64,000 bases of DNA. Origin: Acidobacteriota bacterium (GTDB taxonomy: Bacteria; Acidobacteriota; UBA890; WLXD01). A model generated the notes under the pieces. It was not told the origin of the DNA. It saw nothing but the letters and a program-made list of their open reading frames with translations, and did no database searches. The first letter of the stretch is position 1. Each line of letters begins with the position of its first letter. Of this stretch, positions 28,914-37,548 are shown piece after piece. Both the position numbers and the translations under genes were made by a program. The stretch is from contig CAXWPL010000002.1 of the NCBI GenBank assembly GCA_963666215.2, forward strand, positions 96,001 to 160,000, read 5' to 3'.

Positions 28914-29918
28914 CTAGCGGGAGTTGAGCGTGGAGGTGGCTTCCGGGTTCGCGGATGCGTTCGCCGCAGCGCCTCCGGAATTCCGTCGGCCGAGCACGTA
29001 GGCGATCGCTCCCGGGACCAACGCTACTACCAAGGTGAACAGGACGACGAGCGTAACCGCGACCGCCGAGGTGCGGTCGCCGCCGAGCTGCGCCGCCGCG
29101 GCCACGAAGCCGAGTTGCTCCACGCCGAAGGTCGCGAGGGGCAAGCGCGCGATCAGATAGACGAGGGGGACGATCGCGGTCAGTTGTAGCAGACCGAGGT
29201 CGGCTCCGACGGCGCGCGATGCCGCGGCGTACAGCGCAATCGGAAACAAGCTCTCGAGCAAGGTCAGAAGCATGAAGGTGCGCATGGCGCCGGGTACGAG
29301 ACGCCATGCGGCGTAGTCGGCGCAGAGTGCTCCGAGCTTGCCCATGAACCCGCCGCGATCCGCGCTCGCTTTGGCGATGCGCTTGGCCAATCCGAACGAC
29401 AGCGGCAGCGCCAACATCAACAGGGCAAGGAGACCGGCCAGCCCGAGCCCCCAGCGCAGCGGCTCCACCTCGACCTGCATCTGTGTCGCCGCGATCAGCC
29501 CGACGCTGAGCAGGCACAGCAGTCCTTGGGCGAGGGCGCCGATCAAGCGCTCGATGGCAATCGACGATAGCAGTGCCGTGGTGGGCGCTCCGGCTCCCTG
29601 CATGGCGCCAATCCGAACGATGTCGCCTCCCACCGTCATCGGCAGGAACATGCCAACGAACGAGCTCACGTAGTAGCCGCGAATCGCCGCTGAAAGCGAA
29701 ACCGGCAGCCGTTTGGCGCGCAGCAACAGCCACCACTTGAACGCCATCAAGAGGCGGTCGGCGCTGTGCAGCAGCAGCAGGGCGGCGAGCCAGAACGGCG
29801 CCGCACCGCGCAACGCCGCGACGGTCTTGGCATCAGCCATGCTCGCCACCGCGCCGAGCAGCGCGATGCTGAGCACGACACGGACGATGGGCCCGAACGA
29901 CAATCCTCTGGCGCGCAT
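28914..29918 (-). CDS. UPF0104 / flippase-like membrane protein
   Basis: AFKWWLLL, FLPMTVGGDIVR, SIAIERLIG. Confidence 0.8.
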   Translation of the reverse strand: MRARGLSFGPIVRVVLSIALLGAVASMADAKTVAALRGAAPFWLAALLLLHSADRLLMAFKWWLLLRAKRLPVSLSAAIRGYYVSSFVGMFLPMTVGGDIVRIGAMQGAGAPTTALLSSIAIERLIGALAQGLLCLLSVGLIAATQMQVEVEPLRWGLGLAGLLALLMLALPLSFGLAKRIAKASADRGGFMGKLGALCADYAAWRLVPGAMRTFMLLTLLESLFPIALYAAASRAVGADLGLLQLTAIVPLVYLIARLPLATFGVEQLGFVAAAAQLGGDRTSAVAVTLVVLFTLVVALVPGAIAYVLGRRNSGGAAANASANPEATSTLNSR

Positions 29919-30379
29919 GGCGCTCGCAGTGTAGGCGATCCGAGGCGCCCGCGATTCCTCGGGTTCAGCGTCTGCAGCGATCAGCCAGCGGCGGCGCGGA
30001 CGCAAGTGAGCGGCTGCGGCGAGGTGAGGCAGGGTCGGGTCGTGGTCTCTGAAGGTTGCGGAGCCGATCAGGCTCGCGTCGGATGTGTCGCGCGCGCTAG
30101 CCGCCGAGTGCTGGCCGCGCCATTTCACGCTGCATCCAGGCTCGGGAGGCGGTCAACAGGCGGTTAACCCGCGGCAATTCTTTCGTGGAGCCAATCCGGC
30201 CCGAAGAGTTGGTTCGGCACAGTCGCTTCTCCTCGTCTCGCTGAATCGCTCATCGGTCACCAGCGTAGACTGCTCTGGAAGGGATGGATCACCCGCCTCC
30301 CCTCGGAGCTTGCTTGGCTTGACAGTATTCCAGCCCGATCTCCGGATCTCAGCCCAACGCACCATGTCGACCCACAACC

Positions 30380-31525
30380 ATGTCGCCTAATGAGCCTCTG
30401 GTCTGGTCCGGCGACTTCGTCGGGGCGGCCCGTTACGCCTATCTCGACGCGGCCAACATCGCGCTCACGTACCGAGGCGCCGTCGAGGCGGTCACTTGCT
30501 GGTACCAGGAAACAGGGGAACACGGCAGCCTGTTCTTCGACGCCGAGGCGGAGGCACGAGCCTTTGTCCCGCTGCACGAGTGGGCGGCACGGCTACTCGG
30601 GGTCGAGGCCGAAGACATCGCCGTCGGTTCGAGCAGCACCGAGCTGCTGGGCTCGCTGGCCTGGGCGCTGGCACCGCCGCGTGGGAGCAACGTCATCAGC
30701 ACCGAGGCATCGTTCCCGAGCACGGTCTATCCCTGGTCGCGAGTGGCGGCTCACACCGGGTGCGATGTCCGGCTCGTGCCGGCCCTCGATGGCTGCGTCG
30801 ACGAGCAGGAAGTCGCGGACGCGATCGATGACAACACGGCGGTCGTCTGCCTGTCGCACGCAGAGTACGCGACCGGCCAGCTATACGACCTGGCACGTAT
30901 CGGGCGCGTAGTCCACGAACACAAGGCGCTGCTGATCGTCGACGCGATGCAAACAGCGGGGACGATCCCGATTGACGCTCGGTCCTTGGGAATCGATGCG
31001 TTAGTTTGCGGCGCCTACAAGTGGCTGTGCGGTCCGTTTGGCGCCGCCTTCATGTATCTGGCTCCCGGGCTCCAAAGCTTGCAGCCTGGGCTGGTCGGCT
31101 TCCGCAGCCACGCTCAAATGTGGGACCTGCAGGCGCGTCGGCTCGAGTTGCCCGACGGCGCCCGTCGCTTCGAGGCCAGTACGACGGCATTCGGAGCCGC
31201 TGTTGGGCTCGCAGCCTCGATCGAGTACCTGCTGGATATCGGCATCGATCGCGTTCGCAGCCACAACCGCAGACTGGCTGCGGTTCTTCGCGACGGCCTC
31301 GGCGAGCGTGGCATCACCGTTCACGGTCCCGCCGACCCTCGCGCTCAGACTTCGGTCGTACTGACCGCGGCTGAGGGGATCGCGCCGAACGTACTGGCAG
31401 GAACGCTCGCTGCTGCGGGGATCCGCGTGTCGCCGCGGGGCAGCGGCGTCAGGATCTCGCCGCATCTGTACAACGACGAGGCCGACATACAGCGGCTCCT
31501 CGAGCACCTGGACACCCTACGCTGA
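30380..31525 (+). CDS. Aminotransferase class V / cysteine desulfurase-like PLP enzyme
   Basis: YLDAAN, FPSTVYPW, VDAMQTAG, GAYKWLCGP, RISPHLYN. Confidence 0.88.
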   Translation: MSPNEPLVWSGDFVGAARYAYLDAANIALTYRGAVEAVTCWYQETGEHGSLFFDAEAEARAFVPLHEWAARLLGVEAEDIAVGSSSTELLGSLAWALAPPRGSNVISTEASFPSTVYPWSRVAAHTGCDVRLVPALDGCVDEQEVADAIDDNTAVVCLSHAEYATGQLYDLARIGRVVHEHKALLIVDAMQTAGTIPIDARSLGIDALVCGAYKWLCGPFGAAFMYLAPGLQSLQPGLVGFRSHAQMWDLQARRLELPDGARRFEASTTAFGAAVGLAASIEYLLDIGIDRVRSHNRRLAAVLRDGLGERGITVHGPADPRAQTSVVLTAAEGIAPNVLAGTLAAAGIRVSPRGSGVRISPHLYNDEADIQRLLEHLDTLR

Positions 31526-31951
31526 TCCTTCATGCCCCAGCCAGGCTGGGCTACAAGGAGCGCTTGGCTGCCCTGTCGGGCCTCCAGATGTTCCTGGCCT
31601 GGCGATCGAAACGGACCTCTGATCGCCTGCCTGCCCAAGGAAACACGCGTCCGTTCGAGCGCGCGCTCAGGTCAGTCGCGGACGACGTGGATCGACTAGC
31701 TCCTGGGGAGGATCTGGGACAAGCATCCGGTCTTCTTCGCCCAGCCCTTGCCGACTCCGATCCGGACCAAGCTGCCAGTCACGGTGTTCTCCGTGAGAGT
31801 GGTGTCGGAAGTCGGCAATCCCTCGTCGTATTGCCATTGGGCGTTGTCCTCCCCCACTGCGGCGATTACAACTGCAAAGCGGTATCTTCAACGCCACCCG
31901 TACGCATGGCCGCCGACAAGCCGACGAGCCAGTAGGTCGTTCGCGCGGAGC

Positions 31952-32296
31952 TCAGAGCCCGTGGTAGAAGCTGTAGACCTTCGTAGGGATCCCGGCGGTG
32001 GCCTCGACCAGCTCGGTCGAGGGCTCGCCGAAGATCTCGACGGAAATGTCGCAGGCTTCGAGCAGCGTCCCGAGGAGCTCTCCGAGGTTGTCGATGTGGT
32101 CGAGTAGGGCCTCGGAGTCTCGATAGCGCTCGCGCACCAAGCAGAGCGAGCGGTCGTCGCTGAAGAACCAGTCGTACTGCAAGGTGCCCGTGTCCTTGGC
32201 GCGCACGCTCTCGATGCAAGCCGTCGCCGTAGCCTTGAAGGCATCGAGCATGCCGTCATGGATCTCGCAACGCGCCGTAACCTGTAGCTCTCTCAT
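31952..32296 (-). CDS. Antibiotic biosynthesis monooxygenase (ABM) / quinol monooxygenase-like protein
   Basis: KDTGTLQYDWF, ERYRDSEALLDH. Confidence 0.8.
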   Translation of the reverse strand: MRELQVTARCEIHDGMLDAFKATATACIESVRAKDTGTLQYDWFFSDDRSLCLVRERYRDSEALLDHIDNLGELLGTLLEACDISVEIFGEPSTELVEATAGIPTKVYSFYHGL

Positions 32297-32764
32297 CTCC
32301 GTACCTTCGCGTTCAGTTGGACGATCAGCAAACTGGAGTGCGGATGACGCCGCCCTCGCTTCGCGACCCCGGCGAATACAACCAGAAAATGACTTGGCCC
32401 ACCGCAACGACCGCGTGTAGGCGACGGAACCGACTACTGATCGTCTGCCGCACGAGGTCGGACCCGTCGGTGGGCGTCGGCGCCCGATCACCGAACGCCA
32501 ACGCCGGCACGCCCGGACCAACGATCCGACTCCCACACCGAGACTCGACCTGTCCACCGCCCGAGGTGCCCAAGGGCTTTCCTGAGCGGCAGGACTACGC
32601 TCAGCTCCCGCGCGGCGCTGCCGGGGCGCCTTCCATCCACGATCGTCCCTTCGTCGAAAATCCCAAGAACGCGGATAGCCTTGCTAAGATCATGGGCTAA
32701 TCAACGAGTCGGGATCCCCTTGCCGGCGCCTCACGGCGACCGAGAATGACGGAGGGAGGAAACC

Positions 32765-33265
32765 ATGCGTAAGCTCTGTCTTGCCCTGGCCGTGGCCGCG
32801 ATTCTGGTCGCCATTCCAGGTAACGCCTCTACGTTCGTCGCACTGCCCGAGGACGAGCTCGTCGGCGGAGCCGAAGCGATCGTTCAGGGCAAAGTCGTCA
32901 ACCAGTCGAGCTTCTGGAGCGAGTCGGGACGCATCATCGTCACCGAAGCCACGGTCCGCGTGCGTGTCGGTGACTTCAGAGTCGAGGCGCCAGGCTTTCC
33001 CAGCTTCAACCCAGGCGAGCGCGTAATTCTGTTCCTGAGCCGCGCCGAGGACGGTACGCGCCGGGCCCACGGTTACCAGCAGGGCCACTTCGAGGTCGTT
33101 GTCCGCCGCGATGGCGTTCGGCTCGCTGTGCCGCGCATCGAAGAGGGCACACGCCTCGTCACGCGCGATGGCCGTGTGCTCCCGGAGCCGCGCAGCCTGC
33201 CGCTGAACGAGTTCAAACGCTCCGTCCGCCGCATCGCCGCCGAAACCGGCGGCCCGCGCCGCTAG
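32765..33265 (+). CDS. Secreted hypothetical protein, partner of the matrixin
   Basis: GGAGGA RBS, signal peptide, STFVALPEDELVGGAEAIVQG, FPSFNPGERVILFL. Confidence 0.75.
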   Translation: MRKLCLALAVAAILVAIPGNASTFVALPEDELVGGAEAIVQGKVVNQSSFWSESGRIIVTEATVRVRVGDFRVEAPGFPSFNPGERVILFLSRAEDGTRRAHGYQQGHFEVVVRRDGVRLAVPRIEEGTRLVTRDGRVLPEPRSLPLNEFKRSVRRIAAETGGPRR

Positions 33266-33280
33266 CAGGAGGACGAGACG

Positions 33281-34036
33281 ATGAAACGAATATCGAGCTC
33301 TAAGATCCTCCTGGGCGCCCTCGCAATCTCGCTCGTGGCCACGAGTATCTCAGCCTATGTGATCCTGAAGCCGCGTCGCACATGGAAGAAACCGCCAACC
33401 GTCATCGTCGACAACAGCGGCCAGGCCAGCATTGACGACCCTGGCGGGCAAAAGGACCACGGCCGTGACGAAACGATCATGGCTATCAACTCGGCTTGGA
33501 ACGGCGCCGTCGCAGGAGTCGTGAACGCGGTACCAGGCCCCGTGGATGGCGTGTGGGCACTCGGCGACGGCACGCCGATGCTTAGCTTCGAGGACCCATC
33601 AGGTGCTTGCACCGGCAACTGCCTGGCGGCGACCTTCACCGGCTTCTTCACTGTCGGCAGGGGCCCGAAGCGCATCGTCGACGCCGACATCGTCACGAAC
33701 GCCAACTTCCAATGGACGTCAGAGACCGAGCCGGACGGTTGCAGCGATGAGTTCTTCATCGAGGGTGTGCACGTGCACGAAGTTGGGCACGTCCTCGGCT
33801 TCGACCACTCCAACGTCTCGGGCGCCACGATGTTTCCGTCGGTCTCGTTGTGCAACAACGGTCCGGCCGACCTCTCACAGGACGACATCGACGGCATCCT
33901 CGACCTCTATGGCGACGGCGACGGAGGCAACGGCGGCGGCTGCGAGCTCGCTCCGAAGGGCGCCTCCTGCAACATCAACGATGACTGCTGCTCCGGCAAG
34001 TGCCGTGGTCCGAGCAGCAACAAGAGCTGCAAGTAA
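33281..34036 (+). CDS. Secreted matrixin-family (M10-like) metzincin with a C-terminal 6-Cys module
   Basis: HEVGHVLGFDH (HExxHxxGxxH), ATMFP Met-turn, AGGAGG RBS, signal peptide. Confidence 0.88.
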   Translation: MKRISSSKILLGALAISLVATSISAYVILKPRRTWKKPPTVIVDNSGQASIDDPGGQKDHGRDETIMAINSAWNGAVAGVVNAVPGPVDGVWALGDGTPMLSFEDPSGACTGNCLAATFTGFFTVGRGPKRIVDADIVTNANFQWTSETEPDGCSDEFFIEGVHVHEVGHVLGFDHSNVSGATMFPSVSLCNNGPADLSQDDIDGILDLYGDGDGGNGGGCELAPKGASCNINDDCCSGKCRGPSSNKSCK

Positions 34037-34307
34037 AGAACCGACTGCGCTTGTCTGAATCCCGGATCGCCCGCTGGCCGCGGACGATCCGGGTAGCTCG
34101 GCGCGTGGCCGGCCCCGCTTGCGCGTGAGTTCACGCGTGGCTTCGGGAGCGGGCGCAGTCTCGAGGGTCGAGGCACCTGAGAGGCACTCTCGCGTCGAGA
34201 AGCCGCGGCCGGGAGCAAGAAGTCACCAGGTCCTCCCGATCTACGGACCGGAGAGGCTTGGTGCGCCTTCGGCCCGGCGTCCGACATGCTGCCGCGAGCC
34301 CGCTCCG

Positions 34308-34417
34308 ATGCAAAGCACCCGACTTGCCCCTACCGGATCCTCGAGACGCTCGGCGTGGGCGGCATGGGCGACGTTTATGTCGCCGAGGACGCGCGGCTGG
34401 GTCGTCGGGTCGCCCTG
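34308..34417 (+). pseudogene. Ser/Thr protein kinase N-terminal stub (frameshifted, truncated)
   Basis: ATG CAA AGC ACC CGA CTT, then a frameshift into PYRILETLGVGGMGDVYVAEDARLGRRVAL; similarity stops just before the catalytic Lys. Confidence 0.75.
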
Positions 34418-34442
34418 CTCAGTGGTACGTCGCGCCTGTCCG

Positions 34443-34799
34443 TCACTCGATCCAGAGGTCGCGGTCGATATCGTTCCAAACCTCGACGCGCATGTCGCCG
34501 TGGTCGAAGACCTCCTGATAGTAGGGGTCGTTCTCCTTGTACTCGGCGTACGCACCTTGGTAGTCGCCGCGACGTGCCTTGTAGGCCTCGAAATCGGCGA
34601 GGCTGTCGTACTCCCACATCACGAAATGGCGGCCGGACGACTCGCCGGCGATCTCCTTGCGGAAGTAGCGCACGCTCTTCCATTCGCCGAAGAGCTCGCG
34701 GTGGTCGTTGACCCACTGCAGCCAGCGCCGCATGGCACGGTCGTGTTCGGCTTCCTTGCCCTCGGCAACCTTCCAGCTCTCGACCTCGAATACGGCCAT
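34443..34799 (-). CDS. Small hypothetical protein (NIPSNAP / dimeric alpha-beta barrel-like)
   Basis: Strong coding bias, MWEYDSLADFEAY pattern, AGGA RBS. Confidence 0.65.
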   Translation of the reverse strand: MAVFEVESWKVAEGKEAEHDRAMRRWLQWVNDHRELFGEWKSVRYFRKEIAGESSGRHFVMWEYDSLADFEAYKARRGDYQGAYAEYKENDPYYQEVFDHGDMRVEVWNDIDRDLWIE

Positions 34800-34803
34800 C
34801 GTC

Positions 34804-35037
34804 CTACGCCCTGCCGCCGAGCTCGGGCCCGTGCCCGTAGCCGTCGAGAGCGGCGATCAGCCGGCGCCTACGCTCGTCGAGTGGGTCGCTTTCGGTCGCT
34901 TCACGGCCGGCGGCCGCCTCCGCTCGGCGCAGCTTCGGGAGTCCCGCCGCCACAGCGGCTGCAGCCGTCAGCAGCAGCCAGCGGCGTGAATGAATCGGAG
35001 GTGGATGGGCAGCACTCGCGGAGCTGTTTCGTTGCAT
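34804..35037 (-). CDS. Small protein with a twin-arginine-like leader
   Basis: SRRWLL followed by a hydrophobic stretch; TAGAGT 7 nt upstream of ATG; ends 4 nt before the next gene. Confidence 0.45.
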   Translation of the reverse strand: MQRNSSASAAHPPPIHSRRWLLLTAAAAVAAGLPKLRRAEAAAGREATESDPLDERRRRLIAALDGYGHGPELGGRA

Positions 35038-35159
35038 GTCCGCCACTCTAGTCAGAGATCTTATGGGGAGTCCACTCGCCGTCGGGCGAGAAACCCGCTG
35101 CCACCAGTGGCGCTGGCCGCCGGTCCTGGACCGCGGGCATCCGCCTGACCTGGGCATAC

Positions 35160-35256
35160 GGCATTGTCAACTTAACGGAGCTGCTGGCAGAGTGCGGCCA
35201 TGACCCATACCGTCAGCCGCTATCGCAGGCACCGTTTTCCGATCGAGATTATCAGC
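35160..35256 (+). mobile_element. IS6-family left-end remnant
   Basis: GGCATTGTCAACTTAA terminal-IR-like sequence, then ATG 35200 encoding MTHTVSRYRRHRFPIEIIS (IS6 transposase N-terminus), then abrupt loss of similarity. Confidence 0.7.
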
Positions 35257-35542
35257 GAGAAGGACTCGGTCGGTGTTCTTGTCGCTGGCGCGCAGCTCGA
35301 TGTCCTCCCCAATATGGCTGACGCGCAGCGCCGTACGTTTGAGGCGTCGGAGTGCCTCACCGACGCATTCGACGGTCGCGTGTCGCGGCGTCGACCACGA
35401 CTTCACCCGGGCGGCGATCAACACGCGTTCCGCGGCGCCCGGCACGCAACGAGGCGACGATATCGCGCCGCCGCGAGTCCGAGATCGGCAGGACCAGCGC
35501 CGCGAGCGCCAGTACGATCACCACGTCGAAACGGCCCTCCAT
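35257..35542 (-). pseudogene. Degenerate N-terminus of a pyridine nucleotide-disulfide oxidoreductase-like gene
   Basis: ATG directly after the mrp stop. MEGRFDVVI, then frameshifted GTGA.GAG, DSR..LR, VLIAA and GEVVVD fragments. Confidence 0.45.
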
Positions 35543-37297
35543 TTAGAAGAATGCCAGGAGCAGGAACGCGATCAACATGGCGGCGACGAGGAGTGTCGCT
35601 TCGCTGATGGCCCAGGGCTCGCCCAACAGACTGGTAGCCGGACTGTGAAGGCGACCCACGCGGTCGACGACTTGCATCAGGGCGCGACCAGCGGCAGCGC
35701 GCCCGATCCGGTACCAGCCGCCGACGAAGTGCCCGAGCACGAGTACCAGTCGCTTGCCGCCCCGGCGGTAGATCCATTCGCTATCGACGTTAGTGGACCT
35801 CAGCTCCGCCGGGTAGAGCCCGGTCTTCTGCAGAAACACGAACGCGAGCGCTGAAGAGAACAGCAGCTGTGACATCGTGACGACGTGGGTCATGTCGTAG
35901 GGCGTCCAGCCGAGCTTCTCCATGTCGAACGGGAGCAGCTCGTAGAGTGGTGCCGGGTAGATGCCAATCGCGACGCACAGGAAGGCCGCGGCGCCCATCG
36001 CGATCAGCATGTTGGTCGGTGCTTCCTCGACCTTTTTCCCGCTGTCGTGCGCAAAGAACGCGAAGTACGGGATCTTGGAGTGGTGAAACAGACCGGCACT
36101 GGCGAACAGCAAGACGGCGAACACGATCGTATGGTGTCCCTCGGCCGCCGCCGTCAGGATCATGGACTTGGTGACGAAGCCGGAGAACAGCGGGAAGGCC
36201 GAGATCGCGGCCGCGCCAATCACGCAGAAGACGGTGGTGTACGGCATCCGGCGCCAGAGCCCTCCGAGCTCGGAACCTTTGATCGTGCCGGCGCGCAGCA
36301 ATACGGCGCCCATCGACATGAAAAGCAGTCCCTTGTAGATGATGTGCGCGAACGCGTGGCCCGCGGTTCCGTTCAGCGCCAACTCGGTGCCGATCCCGAT
36401 GCCGACCACCATGAAGCCGAGCTGGTTGTTGAGGCTGTAGGCGAGCACTCGGCGCAGGTCGTTTTCGATCACGGCGTAGAAGATCGGGAACGCCGTCATC
36501 GCGGCGCCAATGGGAATCAGCAGGTCGGTGCCGGCGAATCCTCGCGCCAGTGCGTAGATGGCGAGCTTGGTCGTGAAGGCCGAGAGCCAGACGGTGCCTG
36601 TGATCGTGGCTTCGGGGTAGGCGTCCTGCAACCAGTTGTGCAGTAGCGGAAACGCCGCCTTGATCCCGAAAGACAAAAAGATCAGCACGATCCCGGGGCT
36701 CGCGTCAGCGATGTCGTCGAACGCGAAGAGGCCGACGGGCTGCGCCTCCGTGCCGAACGCGAGCGATCCCGTGGCACGGTAGTGGATGATGGTCCCGGCG
36801 AGCAGCAAGACGCCGGACCCGACCTGGATGAGCAGATAGCGCATCCCGGTGGCATAGGCGCGCTCCGTGCGCCGCGCCCAGATGAGAAAGACGGACGTGA
36901 TCGCCGTCGCCTCCCAGAACACGAACAGGCTGACGAGGTCGCCGACGAACACCGCCGCAACCCCTGAGCCGGCGTACATCAGCGCCGCCACCTGCTGTAC
37001 GGTGTCCTTGATGTGCAGCGAGTAGATGACACTCAAGAGCGCCGCTATGTGAAAGATGATCCCAAAGATGCGGCTCAGCTTGTCGACCCGCGTCAGGATC
37101 AACGAGTAGTCGAACATCTCCACGGTGATGAGAGTCCCGGCCGGGATCAGCCACGTCATCACCAGGCCGACGACCGGCAGAGCCAGCATGTAGGCGGCAC
37201 GGGCGCGCCCTTTCAACAGCGGGATCAGCAGCGCGCCCAGGAGCAGAAGGAGCCCGGGTGGGAACTTCGCGGCGATCGCGGCGACCAGCTCAATCAC
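35543..37297 (-). CDS. mrpD: Mrp Na+/H+ antiporter large subunit (D3 / MrpA-like)
   Basis: FVFWE, GIKAAFPLLHNWLQDAYPEA, DLRRVLAYS, HAFAHIIYKGLLF. Confidence 0.85.
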   Translation of the reverse strand: MIELVAAIAAKFPPGLLLLLGALLIPLLKGRARAAYMLALPVVGLVMTWLIPAGTLITVEMFDYSLILTRVDKLSRIFGIIFHIAALLSVIYSLHIKDTVQQVAALMYAGSGVAAVFVGDLVSLFVFWEATAITSVFLIWARRTERAYATGMRYLLIQVGSGVLLLAGTIIHYRATGSLAFGTEAQPVGLFAFDDIADASPGIVLIFLSFGIKAAFPLLHNWLQDAYPEATITGTVWLSAFTTKLAIYALARGFAGTDLLIPIGAAMTAFPIFYAVIENDLRRVLAYSLNNQLGFMVVGIGIGTELALNGTAGHAFAHIIYKGLLFMSMGAVLLRAGTIKGSELGGLWRRMPYTTVFCVIGAAAISAFPLFSGFVTKSMILTAAAEGHHTIVFAVLLFASAGLFHHSKIPYFAFFAHDSGKKVEEAPTNMLIAMGAAAFLCVAIGIYPAPLYELLPFDMEKLGWTPYDMTHVVTMSQLLFSSALAFVFLQKTGLYPAELRSTNVDSEWIYRRGGKRLVLVLGHFVGGWYRIGRAAAGRALMQVVDRVGRLHSPATSLLGEPWAISEATLLVAAMLIAFLLLAFF

Positions 37298-37547
37298 GGT
37301 CGTAGTAGTCCTCGTCGCGCCTGACGACTTTGCGCAGTTGCGTCGCCAGAATCACGAGCAGCACGCAGCTCACGAAGCCGTACCCGGCGTGGAATCCCGG
37401 CCATGCCTCCCAGGTGTAGTGACCGTGTTTTTCGTAGGTGAAGTCCAACAGCACCAGGACGGCGCACGCAACGTAGAGGCTGCGTAGGATGCGCTTCACC
37501 GCGACGGCGCCGACCGAAGGTGGGCCGTGATGTGGGTCGTCGCTCAT
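37290..37547 (-). CDS. Small two-TM protein within the mrp operon
   Basis: WPGFHAGYGFVSCV, RRDEDYYD; overlaps the downstream gene. Confidence 0.75.
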   Translation of the reverse strand: MSDDPHHGPPSVGAVAVKRILRSLYVACAVLVLLDFTYEKHGHYTWEAWPGFHAGYGFVSCVLLVILATQLRKVVRRDEDYYDRD

Positions 37548-37548
37548 C

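Noticed and set aside
28072-29736. 554-aa ORF as a flippase-acyltransferase fusion
   Set aside because: Its upstream part is an off-frame read of the UPF0104 gene; the acyltransferase starts at about 28896.
30150-30375. Possible riboswitch or promoter (TTGACA at 30319) upstream of the aminotransferase
   Set aside because: No matching -10 at correct spacing and no recognisable SAM, TPP or glycine aptamer consensus.
31560-31900. Short ORFs between the aminotransferase and ABM genes
   Set aside because: Poor codon bias, no RBS or motif; at most unidentifiable debris.
32565-32574. GGTGCCCAAG resembling the tRNA-Leu 3' end (possible att repeat)
   Set aside because: Only 9-10 bp; can occur by chance in 64 kb of GC-rich DNA.
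30380-35037. Integron-like cassette array
   Set aside because: Genes are in mixed orientation, and no attC-type RYYYAAC...GTTRRRY sites or intI were seen.
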